Shown piece by piece: positions 7,989 through 18,214 of a DNA stretch of 64,000 nt; the first letter of the stretch is position 1; each line of letters begins with the position of its first letter. The stretch spans positions 326-64,325 of the forward strand of contig JBMNTS010000005.1 of the NCBI GenBank assembly GCA_050945855.1, in the 5' to 3' direction. The stretch comes from Christensenellales bacterium. Lineage in GTDB: Bacteria; Bacillota; Clostridia; Christensenellales; DTU072. The notes under the pieces are model-generated. The model did no database searches and was not told where the DNA came from. It saw only the letters and a list, made by a program, of their open reading frames with translations. A program made the translations under genes and the position numbers.

Positions 7989-10379
7989 TTAAACGATAAT
8001 ATTGATTATCTTCCCTTTAAGATAAATAACCTTTTTAATATTTACTCCCTCCAGCAAGGAGGTTTCCGCTTTTATTTTTTCGATTACCTCATCCTGCTCG
8101 GTTTCTCTGTCTATTACTATTTTGCCCTTTAGCTTGCCCATAATCTGAATAGGTATCTCCACCCTGTCCTCAATGAGGTTGTTCTCGTCATACTCCGGCC
8201 ATGCCTGTCTTTCGATAAAGCCGCCGAAATAATTTTGGTACAGTTCGCTTGCGATATGCGGCACAATAGGATTGAGCAGCAACAGCAGGGTGCGGTACTC
8301 TTCGGGCGTGACGAAGCCTCTCTTGTAGAACACGTTGACCGCGCTCATCATTGCGGCTATGGCGGTGTTGAATTTGAGAGCGTCAAAGTCGTCGCTGACC
8401 TTTTTTATCAGCACATCCAAATTGAAATCGTCGGTTTGGGCATCCTTAATCATATCCTGAAGAGCCCAAACTCTGTTTAAGAACTTGTAGCTGCCCTTTA
8501 TGCCCTCAGGCGACCAGGGCGCGCTTTTTTCGTAATCGCCGATAAACATTATAAAGGTGCGCAGGGTGTCGGCACCGTATTCGGCGATAACGTCGTCGGG
8601 GTTTACCACGTTGCCGCGGGACTTGCTCATCTTTTCCCCGTCCGCTCCCAATATTAGCCCTTGCGCGGTGCGCTTGGCGTAAGGCTCCTCATGGCCTACC
8701 ACTCCTATGTCGTATAAAAACATATTCCAGAAGCGGCTGTAGATAAGGTGCCTTGTAACGTGCTCCATACCTCCGTTGTACCAGTCCACCTGCCCCCAAT
8801 ACTTATACGCCCCGGGGTCTACCACGTGCTTATCGTCGCGGGGGGACATATAGCGCAAAAAGTACCAGCTGCTGCCTGCCCATTGCGGCATGGTATCAGT
8901 TTCCCTTTCCGCGGGGCCTCCGCAGACGGGGCACACGGTATGCACCCATTCCTTAACTTTGGCAAGCGGGCTTTGAGCGTCCTCGCCCGGGGTAATATCC
9001 GATACTTCGGGCAGCGTCAGCGGCAAATCTTCTTCCCTCATCGGCACCTGACCGCATTTGGGACAGTTGACAATGGGGATAGGTTCCCCCCAGTATCTTT
9101 GGCGGTTAAACGCCCAATCCTTCATTTTGTAGTCCGTTTTGGGATAGCCTAAGCCTTCCTTTTGCAGATATTCTATCATGGCGGGGATAGCCTCGCCCAC
9201 TTCCATACCGTTAAGGAATCCGGAGTTGACCATTTTGCCTCCTTCCTTAGCGATATACGCCTCTTTTTGAATATCGCCGCCGGAAATGACCTCAATAATG
9301 GGCAAATCGTACGCTTTGGCGAATTCCCAGTCTCTGGTGTCGTGCGCGGGAACTGCCATAATCGCGCCCGTGCCGTAATCCATCATAACGTAATCGGCGG
9401 TAAAAACAGGTATGCGCGTTTTGGTTACGGGATTAATCGCAAATATCCCTTTTGCCGGAACGCCCGTCTTTTCCTTGGATAAAAATACCCTTTCCAGCTC
9501 TTTTTTGCCTTTTGCCTGTTTGCGGTATGCCTCAATCTCCTCTTTGTTTTCCAGGGATTGGCAAAATTCGTCCAGCAAGGGATGTTCGGGGGATATTACC
9601 ATAAAGGTGGCGCCGAAAATAGTGTCCGGACGGGTGGTGTACACCGTCAGATTGTACTCCTTATTGCCGTCGGTAACCTTAAAGATAATGTCCGCGCCTT
9701 TGCTTTTGCCTATCCAGTTTTCCTGCTCAATTTTTATTTTATCCAAAAAGTCCAGATTCTTAAGGTTATTGAGTAGCCGCTCGGCGTATTTCCTTATGCG
9801 CAAAAACCAAACGTCCTTTTCCTTTTGCACCACTTCGGAGCCGCAGCGGTCGCAAATGCCGTTCTGGCTTTCCTCATTGGCAAGCACCACCCTGCAGTCC
9901 GGACAGTAGTTTACCAGCGTGGTGGATTTATACGCCAGCCCGTTTTTGAAAAGCTGAATGAAAATCCATTGCGTCCACTTGAAATAATTGGGGTCTGTGG
10001 TGTCGATAACTCTGGAAAAATCAAAGGAATAGCCCATTTTTTTAAGTTGGGCGTCAAATATTTTGATATTGTCGTCGGTGACCGCTCTGGGATGCCGCCC
10101 CGTTTTGAGGGCATAATTTTCGGTGGGCAAGCCAAAAGCGTCGTATCCTATAGGAAACAGCACGTTATAGCCCTGCATACGCTTTTTGCGGCAAATCATT
10201 TCCATTGCGGAAAAAGCGCGTATATGCCCCACGTGCAGCCCGGAGCCCGAAGGGTACGGGAATTCAATCAGCCCGTAAAACTTCTTTTTGGAGGGGTCTT
10301 CGGTGACCTCAAAAACGTGGTTGTTATACCAATAATCCTGCCATTTTGCTTCAATCTTTTTAAAATCGTATACACCCAT
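7989..10379 (-). CDS. leuS: leucine--tRNA ligase
   Basis: 796 aa. HIGH-type motif (SGLHVGH), KMSKS present, and the Zn-finger CPDC...CDRC insertion typical of bacterial LeuS. Confidence 0.97.
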   Translation of the reverse strand: MGVYDFKKIEAKWQDYWYNNHVFEVTEDPSKKKFYGLIEFPYPSGSGLHVGHIRAFSAMEMICRKKRMQGYNVLFPIGYDAFGLPTENYALKTGRHPRAVTDDNIKIFDAQLKKMGYSFDFSRVIDTTDPNYFKWTQWIFIQLFKNGLAYKSTTLVNYCPDCRVVLANEESQNGICDRCGSEVVQKEKDVWFLRIRKYAERLLNNLKNLDFLDKIKIEQENWIGKSKGADIIFKVTDGNKEYNLTVYTTRPDTIFGATFMVISPEHPLLDEFCQSLENKEEIEAYRKQAKGKKELERVFLSKEKTGVPAKGIFAINPVTKTRIPVFTADYVMMDYGTGAIMAVPAHDTRDWEFAKAYDLPIIEVISGGDIQKEAYIAKEGGKMVNSGFLNGMEVGEAIPAMIEYLQKEGLGYPKTDYKMKDWAFNRQRYWGEPIPIVNCPKCGQVPMREEDLPLTLPEVSDITPGEDAQSPLAKVKEWVHTVCPVCGGPAERETDTMPQWAGSSWYFLRYMSPRDDKHVVDPGAYKYWGQVDWYNGGMEHVTRHLIYSRFWNMFLYDIGVVGHEEPYAKRTAQGLILGADGEKMSKSRGNVVNPDDVIAEYGADTLRTFIMFIGDYEKSAPWSPEGIKGSYKFLNRVWALQDMIKDAQTDDFNLDVLIKKVSDDFDALKFNTAIAAMMSAVNVFYKRGFVTPEEYRTLLLLLNPIVPHIASELYQNYFGGFIERQAWPEYDENNLIEDRVEIPIQIMGKLKGKIVIDRETEQDEVIEKIKAETSLLEGVNIKKVIYLKGKIINIIV

Positions 10380-10415
10380 TATTTTGTCCTTCTTACCCGT
10401 TTTCCGTATTTCTTA

Positions 10416-10444
10416 ACTATAGCAAATATGCCCGCAAAAGTCAA
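10416..10444 (-). promoter_or_regulatory. leuS promoter
   Basis: Minus strand reads TTGACT - 17 nt - TATAGT. It leaves a leader of only about 30 nt before the ATG (RBS GAAGGA). Confidence 0.55.
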
Positions 10445-10543
10445 ACACCTTTCAATTATTGGTAAATCGGGGCAAAAATAAGCGTACCGGCTGAATATAC
10501 GCGCTTATAGGCGGCATACGCGCATAATTAATCGACGTAATTA

Positions 10544-10572
10544 TTGCTTTTACGCCTTATTTTTGATATAAT
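10544..10572 (+). promoter_or_regulatory. promoter of the 10582 operon, near-leaderless geometry
   Basis: TTGCTT - 17 nt - TATAAT. Only 9 nt (tttatcagt, no SD) lie between the -10 and the ATG at 10582. Confidence 0.5.
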
Positions 10573-10581
10573 TTTATCAGT

Positions 10582-11997
10582 ATGAAAAAGCCGGCTTTTT
10601 ATAATAGCGCGTTGGGCAAAATCATTGTCTGGGCGCTGGTTATCTTACTTTTGTTATCGTCTGTAATCCTTATAGGCATATATTACTTCTACCCTTTTCC
10701 CGAAAATAACGAAGAGCCCATTCCCGATCCCGGAGAGGGACCGCTGGTATACGGGCAAGAGGTTTTGCAAGGCTTTCACAACAGCCTTCAGGTGTTTTTG
10801 CAAAACGCGCTTTTCCTCAACCGCGCCAACGCGGAACAGCTGGTAAGGTTTTTCCTTACCGCGTTTTCCCGGGCGCGCGTCCCCGGCGAAAAGGTGCTTG
10901 CCTTCGGTCAGTATCTTGCCGTGCATTGGAAGGAGGCGGATACTTATCTGGAAAGGGTAATAGGCTACCTGGAGGAGGACGGCTCCGGAATCAAGGTCAG
11001 GGAAGGGGTGGATATTTATACTTTTTATGGTGAAATCGCGATAATTTCCGTCGCCCTTATAAATATGCTGGACGCCTGCGGCTTTAGCAGAGGTGAAATC
11101 GGGGCTACCCTTTTCGAGTTTTTGTATCAAATCCCCGACGCGGAATATCACGCCGCCCTGCTCAGCCTTTCCAAACAAGGCTTTATTACCCTTTATGATA
11201 GCATATACGCTGTGCTTGCCGTAGCCAATGCGGATTTTTCCGCGGGCTATACCCCCGAGGGCTTGCGCAGAATGCGCAGCGGGATGTATCAGATAGGCGG
11301 CAATTATATTAATTTGTATAACGACCCGGGCAGCGAAACCATAGAAGGGGTGTTCGGCGTTCGCTTTTTGGTTTTGCCCGAGGATGTAGGCGAAATCGAA
11401 GAGGAGCAGCTTGCCGCCTACAATGACGCGATAGCCTCACTCGACGGGCTTATCGGCTTTTCCCTGCTCTTTTTCAGCGAGTTTTGCGTGCGCGCGACGG
11501 ACGAACTTTACGAAAACGCCGCCGAATACGCGCAAAACAAAGAAGAGGACCGCCTTATCATATCCGCCCTTCAAGCGGCAAGGAGCGCGCGCTCCGCGCT
11601 GGACTCCTGCTATGCCAACAGCAAAAATACCGTCATTAAGAATGATGCTCAACTGGTTTCCGCTTACGCGCTTATGTATGAAAAATTCGGCAGCCTTACA
11701 GGCGCAGGCGGGGGGGATTACTCCTCCGATTTGCAAGAATATTTGGATATCCTTTTCAGCCTTGCGGGAGATGAGTATAAAGATATAGACACCTTAGCCA
11801 AAGCGGGCAACCTCGACGAGGATACAAAAGGCGCACTCTTGGGCAAAATCGAGCAGCTTTCGGAAATCGACGAGGAGACCAAAGCGTTCCCCGCTAAGGT
11901 GGCGGGAGTGCTGATATTCAACATCGCTTTCAAGGTATTGGACGTGAAGGGATTTTTGGAAGAGCTGGCGCAAAACGCGGCAGGGGGTATGGTATAA
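10582..11997 (+). CDS. hypothetical membrane-anchored protein
   Basis: N-terminal TM helix (IIVWALVILLLLSSVILIGIYYF), then about 430 aa of helical acidic domain with no motif I recognise. The stop overlaps the next ATG (TAATG). Confidence 0.6.
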   Translation: MKKPAFYNSALGKIIVWALVILLLLSSVILIGIYYFYPFPENNEEPIPDPGEGPLVYGQEVLQGFHNSLQVFLQNALFLNRANAEQLVRFFLTAFSRARVPGEKVLAFGQYLAVHWKEADTYLERVIGYLEEDGSGIKVREGVDIYTFYGEIAIISVALINMLDACGFSRGEIGATLFEFLYQIPDAEYHAALLSLSKQGFITLYDSIYAVLAVANADFSAGYTPEGLRRMRSGMYQIGGNYINLYNDPGSETIEGVFGVRFLVLPEDVGEIEEEQLAAYNDAIASLDGLIGFSLLFFSEFCVRATDELYENAAEYAQNKEEDRLIISALQAARSARSALDSCYANSKNTVIKNDAQLVSAYALMYEKFGSLTGAGGGDYSSDLQEYLDILFSLAGDEYKDIDTLAKAGNLDEDTKGALLGKIEQLSEIDEETKAFPAKVAGVLIFNIAFKVLDVKGFLEELAQNAAGGMV

Positions 11998-12683
11998 TGC
12001 TGAAGGTAATAAACGTTTATAAGACTTTTGAAAATGGCGGCTCTTTTGACGCCGGCAAAGACACCCGCCGCATGGTGCTCAAAGGCGTTAGTTTGGATAT
12101 CCAAAAGGGCGATTTTGTGTCTATAATGGGCGCCTCCGGCAGCGGGAAAAGCACGCTGCTCACCATTATGGGCGGCATCGACAGACCCACTGCGGGCGAA
12201 GTGTATTTTCAGGACAGATGCATAAGCAATCTCCCCGAATCCCAGCTTGCCGTACTGCGGCGTACAAAAATCGGTTTTGTGTTTCAGTTCTTTAATCTTG
12301 CCCCATACCTGAGCGTGGAGGAAAATATTTTACTGCCCATAATTCTGGACGGCAAAAAGGTCAGGGATTATGCGGGAAAAGCGGCGGAGCTTATGAAGTA
12401 TCTTGGGATAGCGGAGTATAAAAATTCCCTGCCCGGCAAGCTCTCGGGCGGAGAGCAGCAAAGGGTGGCTATCGCCAAAGGGCTTATCAGCGACCCCGAC
12501 GTAATCCTGCTTGACGAGCCTACCGGCAATCTGGACAGCGTAAGCGCGGAGGATATTATGCGCCTGCTGGTCAAAATCAATAATGAGCGGGGCACCACCA
12601 TAGTGCAGGTCACGCACAGCGAGCATAACGCCCTCTACGCTTCCAAAATCTATCATATCAAAGACGGTCAGATTATAGCCTAA
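11997..12683 (+). CDS. ABC transporter ATP-binding protein (MacB/LolD/FtsE-like)
   Basis: Walker [10 protein letters not shown], signature [12 protein letters not shown], Walker B ILLDEPT, H-loop VTHS. Confidence 0.9.
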   Translation: MLKVINVYKTFENGGSFDAGKDTRRMVLKGVSLDIQKGDFVSIMGASGSGKSTLLTIMGGIDRPTAGEVYFQDRCISNLPESQLAVLRRTKIGFVFQFFNLAPYLSVEENILLPIILDGKKVRDYAGKAAELMKYLGIAEYKNSLPGKLSGGEQQRVAIAKGLISDPDVILLDEPTGNLDSVSAEDIMRLLVKINNERGTTIVQVTHSEHNALYASKIYHIKDGQIIA

Positions 12684-15226
12684 TGAATATTATTTTAAAG
12701 CACACCTTAATAAGCATGCGCAAAAACAGGGCGCAAATCGCTTTGATTATCGCAACGGTTACCGTGGTTGTGAGTATGCTTTTCGCAAGTTTTTCCATGT
12801 TTGACATATTCTTCAATATCAACGCGGCGGAGTTTACCCGCCTTGCTGCGGACGCGGATATGATAGTGGGCGCCCATTACGACGGCGAATTTTATTCCTC
12901 TAACGAACTAAATGATTTGCTATCTCCTTACGCGGACAAGATAGAATATAAAAAGCATTTTATTAAAATGAGAGGGGTATTGCGGACCGAAAAGGATAAT
13001 ATCGGAGTGCTGATTGAGGCTACCGACCTTGCGGAATACCTTAAAAATACCACTCTTTACGGAAAGTATCGGGAAGGGGGGCTTGCCTATCCCTCCATAG
13101 TTATTAATCAGCGGTTTGCGGGCGAAAACAACCTTGGTTTGGGCGACACCGTGGAGCTTTTTTTGGGCACAGCGGAAGGCTACAAAAAATTCAGCGTATA
13201 CGCCATAAGTCAGAACACCGGCATATTTGCCTCCGGCGCCGCCATTAACGTGCTGATAGACCTTAATGACGCGGAAGGGCAGGGGCTGATTAACGTCACG
13301 CTGCTGAAGTTTAAGGATAAGGCGGTTTATGTCCAAGTGGAAGAACTGCTTAACGAACGCATGCCGAACATAAGCGTGGGCGAAGCCCTGAACACCACGC
13401 GCAACAGACAAATCGCGCTTAACAACACCCTGCTTTTCGGGGTGGCTTTACTGTTTATAGCGGGTATGATGTCGCTTATTCTGGTCACCAGTTACATGAT
13501 AATTGTAAAATCCCGCCTTAACGAAATGATAATATTCAAGACCGCGGGCGCGACTCCGCTGCAGACTACGCTTATTATGCTGTCCGAAGCCCTGATGTAC
13601 GCGGTGGCCGGCTCCCTTTGCGGCCTTATCGTGGGCAGAGGGGGTATGGCGCTTGCGGAATCCGCGCTGCTCAAAAACTTTTCCGCCGCAATTACTTACG
13701 AGTGGTGGAAATGGCTGCTTGCTTTTGCGGGCGGCATAATCTGCGCTCTTGCTTCCGCCCTTGTGCCGATTATCAGGCTTTCCCGCAAATCCATACGCGA
13801 GGCGACCTCGGGCACGGTAAAGGAAGTCAGGAATATAAAGCCGGTATATTTGATAATTTTGCTTGCGGTAATGGGCATAGTAATCTACGCTATGCGCAGC
13901 CTGTCCACATTCTACGTGCTTGTCTTATGCGCGCCGCTTATTGCGCTTATCGCGCTGTTTATCTTTGCCGGCTCTCCAAACGTACATCTTTGGGTATCCA
14001 AAATAGCTGAAAAAATATTCCAAAAAGGCGTATTCAGACTTTCATCGGTAACGACAAGGCGAAACGGAGCGGTGCATAACGTGTCCGTTCTGCTCTCCAC
14101 GGTAATCGCTTTCAGCTTTATGGTGGTGGCGGTAATAGATTTTGTAAACGTGATGCTTACGCCAAGCAACGCAAGGTACGTATCCGATTTTGTAGTGGAG
14201 TACCAAAGCGGCGACAAGCTGCCCTCAAGAGCGGATTTGCTAAGGCTGGAGAGCGGGCTTGCGGGAGTGGAAGGGATAGAAGGGGCGTATCTTGTGGCTT
14301 CAAGCGGTATTGAGTTAAAGGACGAAAGCGGGAAATACGCGGACGACGACAGATGGTTGCAGCTTGTGGGGCTTTCCGATCTCTCCAGGCTGGATTATAT
14401 TTTTGCCGACCCCGGCAACATTGTATACAAGCTGCCCCCTTCCGGCGCGGAGCATCCCGCAATATGCAATATAGACCTTATCAAGCGGTTTGGTCTTAAA
14501 GCGGGGGACGAGCTGCGCTTCCTTATCCGCAACGAGGAGGGAGAAGTAATAAGGGAGTACGGGCAATCCGTCACCATAGTGGGCATTGATTACACCGCAA
14601 CCGAATATGACAAGTATGTTTATACCGATTTGGGCGCGCTGTACGACAATGAGGAAAGCCTTGCGATAGGCGTACGCTATTTTGTCAACGCCGGGCAAGG
14701 CGAGGAGGCCTTTTCGCGTTTGCGCGGCTTTCTGGAGCAGGACGGGGAGTTTGGGGGACGCGCTTTTGTTTTCGGTTATGAGCGGTGGCTGTACTCTTCC
14801 GCCCTGGGGCTGGGCAATGTGAAAGGGCTGCTTGCCATGCTGCAGATTGCCATTTGCCTGGTGGCGTTTTTAGGGATAGTCAACGTCAGTATAGTTACCG
14901 CTTACGACAGGGAGCAGGAATACAATATATATAAATTCAGCGGTATGAGCGAGAAAGGTTACCTATTGCACGCCCTGGGCGAAAGTGTTATAATAGGCAT
15001 GTCCGGCGCCGCTATAGGCGCGGTTATTTGCGTATGCGTGTATCAGATGATGCCCGCGCTTGCCATCGCCGCGGAAAAATATATGGTTTTTGCCGCGATA
15101 AACGTTAAACTTGCGGTTGTGCTTTCCGCCTGTTTTGTCCTCTTCGGGCTGTTGTGGTATTCCATTGCCTGCAGGGGCAGGCGGAGATTTAATCTTATGA
15201 GGAGCCAAAACGAAAGACTGATATAG
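12683..15226 (+). CDS. ABC transporter permease with two FtsX-type domains
   Basis: 847 aa. Two 4-TM FtsX-like blocks, each preceded by a large extracytoplasmic domain. The start overlaps the upstream stop (TAATG). Confidence 0.8.
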   Translation: MNIILKHTLISMRKNRAQIALIIATVTVVVSMLFASFSMFDIFFNINAAEFTRLAADADMIVGAHYDGEFYSSNELNDLLSPYADKIEYKKHFIKMRGVLRTEKDNIGVLIEATDLAEYLKNTTLYGKYREGGLAYPSIVINQRFAGENNLGLGDTVELFLGTAEGYKKFSVYAISQNTGIFASGAAINVLIDLNDAEGQGLINVTLLKFKDKAVYVQVEELLNERMPNISVGEALNTTRNRQIALNNTLLFGVALLFIAGMMSLILVTSYMIIVKSRLNEMIIFKTAGATPLQTTLIMLSEALMYAVAGSLCGLIVGRGGMALAESALLKNFSAAITYEWWKWLLAFAGGIICALASALVPIIRLSRKSIREATSGTVKEVRNIKPVYLIILLAVMGIVIYAMRSLSTFYVLVLCAPLIALIALFIFAGSPNVHLWVSKIAEKIFQKGVFRLSSVTTRRNGAVHNVSVLLSTVIAFSFMVVAVIDFVNVMLTPSNARYVSDFVVEYQSGDKLPSRADLLRLESGLAGVEGIEGAYLVASSGIELKDESGKYADDDRWLQLVGLSDLSRLDYIFADPGNIVYKLPPSGAEHPAICNIDLIKRFGLKAGDELRFLIRNEEGEVIREYGQSVTIVGIDYTATEYDKYVYTDLGALYDNEESLAIGVRYFVNAGQGEEAFSRLRGFLEQDGEFGGRAFVFGYERWLYSSALGLGNVKGLLAMLQIAICLVAFLGIVNVSIVTAYDREQEYNIYKFSGMSEKGYLLHALGESVIIGMSGAAIGAVICVCVYQMMPALAIAAEKYMVFAAINVKLAVVLSACFVLFGLLWYSIACRGRRRFNLMRSQNERLI

Positions 15227-15234
15227 GAGTCATT

Positions 15235-18204
15235 ATGAAATACAGGATAAACAAAGAGAACTACAAAACTTTTTCCGTTTTTGAAGAAAACAGAATGTCC
15301 CCGCGTACATATTTTATTCCCTTTTCTCAAAAAAGCGAACTTGCGATTACCTCTCCGCAAAGCGAGAGGTATTATTCGGACAAGGTTACCCTGCTTTCGG
15401 GGGAATGGGATTTTATCTATTACGATAAGGTAAGCGGGATTGCGGACGAATTTGACTCCGATGAGGTAGGCTGGCAGAGCGTAAGCGTGCCTTCGGTATG
15501 GCAAAGGACGGGTTTTGAGTCTCCCGTATATCTTAACCATTCTTATCCCTTCCCCTCCAAGCCTCCGCGCTTCCCATACGATTGCCCGGCAGGGATATAC
15601 AGAAAACGCTTTAGCGTGCAGGGCTATTCCCGCCATATCCTCACCTTTTTGGGCGCTGCGGGCGGACTGGAAGTTTACGTCAACGGGAAACGGGTAGGTT
15701 ACGGCGAAGGCAGCCACAATACGCAGGAATTTGACATAACCCCCTTTGTTCAAAGCGGGGAAAACGAGCTTGTGGCGGTGCTGTTCAAGTGGAGTAACGG
15801 CACTTATTTGGAATGTCAGGATATGTTCAGGGAAAACGGCATTTTCCGCGACGTATATATTACGTCTTTGGCGGAGTATGATTTTTGGGATATAAAGCTC
15901 ACTCCCAAAAAGAGCGGCTTCGGGTGGGAACTGCAAATAGCCGCCATGCTGAACAATAAGGACGACGATTTTCAGGCAACGGCCTATCTGTATGACAATG
16001 ACCGATTGGTGGCGCAAGCCGAATTAAGGGACAATTACGCCGAGCTAACCGACCTGGAAGTGCAGGAGTGGTCCGCGGAAATACCTTACCTTTACGAATT
16101 GTATCTGGAGATTGTGCACAACGGTGAAACGCTTAGCGTAGTTCGCAGCTTTGTAGGCTTCAAAGAGGTAAGCATAGACGGGGCAGTCTTTAAAATCAAC
16201 GGCAGGGCGGTAAAGCTGTTGGGCGTAAACCGTCACGACACGCATCCGCAAAAGGGATATGCGATTAGCGTGGAGGATATAGAGCGGGATATTTTGCTTC
16301 TTAAGCAATTCAACTGCAATGCCGTTCGCACTTCGCACTATCCCCCCGACCCCGTGTATCTGCAGCTTTGCGACATTTACGGGCTGTACGTGATAGACGA
16401 GGCGGATATAGAGTGTCACGGCGCCATTAGAAAGGGGCGCAGAGGCAGGATAAGCAACCGCCCGGAATGGGAAGGGCATTTTTTGGACAGAGTAAAGCGC
16501 ATGGTAATCCGCGATTACAACCGCGCTTGCGTCGTTATGTGGTCATTAGGTAACGAGTCGGGCGGCAGGCGCAATCAGGACACCTGCGCGCGCTGGATAA
16601 AAAAGGTCAGCCCTCTGCCCGTGCATTACGAAAACGTTTACGGCCCCGTAAGGTTTGGCTACGACGTCACAAGCAGAATGTACACTCATCCCGAAACCCT
16701 GGAGAAAATAGGGCAGGGCAAGGCGAACATTTTTTACGGTAAAGGCAAAAAGCCCTTTTTCCTTTGCGAATACGCTCACGCCATGGGAGTGGGTCCGGGC
16801 AGCTTAAAAGAGTATACGGACGCTTTCTTAAAGTATGACAACTTAATGGGCGGCTGCGTGTGGGAGATGATAGACCACGCGGTGGAGGGCTACAGCGATA
16901 AATACCGTTACACCTACGGAGGCGACCACGGCGAAGCGGCGCATGACGGCAATTTTTGCGTGGACGGCTTGTTTTTCCCGGACAGGACGCCGCATACGGG
17001 AGCGTACGCAATGCTGGAGGCTTACCGCCCTATAAGAGCGCAAATGCTTGCTCCCGACGTCTTTACTTTCAAAAACATACGCAGCTTCAAGAGCGCTGAG
17101 GATATCAGGATAAACTGGCTGCTGCTGAAAAACGGGGAAGAGGCGGACGGAAGTTCCTTTATAGCTGATATCGCCCCCGGCGACACCATAGTAAAAAATA
17201 TCACTTACAAGGATATGGATAAGGATGCGGAATACGTGCTGCGCTTCACTTATACGAATCTTGAAAAAACCTTGACGCTGGGCAACGACGAGTTTATTGT
17301 TCAGGCGGCTGACTTGCGACACATTCCCGGGGAAGGCGAGTGCAAAAGGAGTATTGAGGACGGCAAGTGCATTATAGAATGCGAAAATTCAAGCATAGTT
17401 TTTGACAAAAAGGAAGGCAGACTTGCCGGCATTAAGGTAGCGGGACAGGAAGTGCTGGCGAACGCTGTTGCCCCCAATATTGCGCGCGCGGATCTGGACA
17501 ACGATGGCAAAATCAAAAAACGCTGGAAAAAACAGGGGCTGTACGAAAGAAAGCTCAAGGTCAGAAAAGTGACCGAGACCCTTGAGGCCGGCCGCGCGGT
17601 CTATCAGGTAAGCGCCGCTTACGGCGGAAAGACTAAGTTCAGGCTAAACACCGTATACGAGCTTTTTGCGGACGGCAGCATCAAAATCACCAATTCCATA
17701 AAGAGTATGTTCAAAAAAATCAATCTGCCCCGCTTCGGCAATATGCTGAGACTGAACAGAAGCTATGAAAACATCGAGTATTACGGCAGAGGGGAAAAGG
17801 AAAACCTGCCCGACTTTAAGCTGCAGGCGCAACTGGGCAGATACTCTGCCAAAATCGCCGACTTTGCGCAAAACTACATAAAACCGCAGGAATCCGGCAT
17901 TCATACGGATATGCGCCTGGTAAGCCTTACCAACAAAAAGGGAGAGGGAATAGCCATAAAAGCGTGCTGCGCGCCCTTTATATTTAACGCAAGCCTATAT
18001 GACACCGACAGTATTATAAGCGCCGCCCACCCCGAGGACTTGCGCCCCGCTGACGCCGCTCTTATCTATATAGACGGCTTTATGCGCGGCACAGGCAGCA
18101 ACTCCTGCGGCCCAAAACCCATGGAAATGTATACGGTCAAAGCGGGCAGAGCGCCACTGACCTATTCTTATATTATCTGTCCTATAACAAAAAGCGATAA
18201 ATAA
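15235..18204 (+). CDS. lacZ: beta-galactosidase, glycoside hydrolase family 2 (LacZ architecture)
   Basis: 989 aa. NRHDTHP, acid/base WSLGNESG and nucleophile region FLCEYAHAMG. The C-terminal about 270 aa resembles the LacZ small-chain/domain 5. RBS AGGAG 8 nt after the permease stop. Confidence 0.88.
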   Translation: MKYRINKENYKTFSVFEENRMSPRTYFIPFSQKSELAITSPQSERYYSDKVTLLSGEWDFIYYDKVSGIADEFDSDEVGWQSVSVPSVWQRTGFESPVYLNHSYPFPSKPPRFPYDCPAGIYRKRFSVQGYSRHILTFLGAAGGLEVYVNGKRVGYGEGSHNTQEFDITPFVQSGENELVAVLFKWSNGTYLECQDMFRENGIFRDVYITSLAEYDFWDIKLTPKKSGFGWELQIAAMLNNKDDDFQATAYLYDNDRLVAQAELRDNYAELTDLEVQEWSAEIPYLYELYLEIVHNGETLSVVRSFVGFKEVSIDGAVFKINGRAVKLLGVNRHDTHPQKGYAISVEDIERDILLLKQFNCNAVRTSHYPPDPVYLQLCDIYGLYVIDEADIECHGAIRKGRRGRISNRPEWEGHFLDRVKRMVIRDYNRACVVMWSLGNESGGRRNQDTCARWIKKVSPLPVHYENVYGPVRFGYDVTSRMYTHPETLEKIGQGKANIFYGKGKKPFFLCEYAHAMGVGPGSLKEYTDAFLKYDNLMGGCVWEMIDHAVEGYSDKYRYTYGGDHGEAAHDGNFCVDGLFFPDRTPHTGAYAMLEAYRPIRAQMLAPDVFTFKNIRSFKSAEDIRINWLLLKNGEEADGSSFIADIAPGDTIVKNITYKDMDKDAEYVLRFTYTNLEKTLTLGNDEFIVQAADLRHIPGEGECKRSIEDGKCIIECENSSIVFDKKEGRLAGIKVAGQEVLANAVAPNIARADLDNDGKIKKRWKKQGLYERKLKVRKVTETLEAGRAVYQVSAAYGGKTKFRLNTVYELFADGSIKITNSIKSMFKKINLPRFGNMLRLNRSYENIEYYGRGEKENLPDFKLQAQLGRYSAKIADFAQNYIKPQESGIHTDMRLVSLTNKKGEGIAIKACCAPFIFNASLYDTDSIISAAHPEDLRPADAALIYIDGFMRGTGSNSCGPKPMEMYTVKAGRAPLTYSYIICPITKSDK

Positions 18205-18214
18205 TATATCACGG

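Noticed and set aside
9825-10481. 218-aa plus-strand ORF overlapping the leuS 5' end and its promoter
   Set aside because: It is antisense to leuS and runs through the leuS promoter. No motifs.
15043-16017. 324-aa minus-strand ORF over the permease/lacZ junction
   Set aside because: It is antisense to motif-bearing genes and has no RBS. Shadow ORF.
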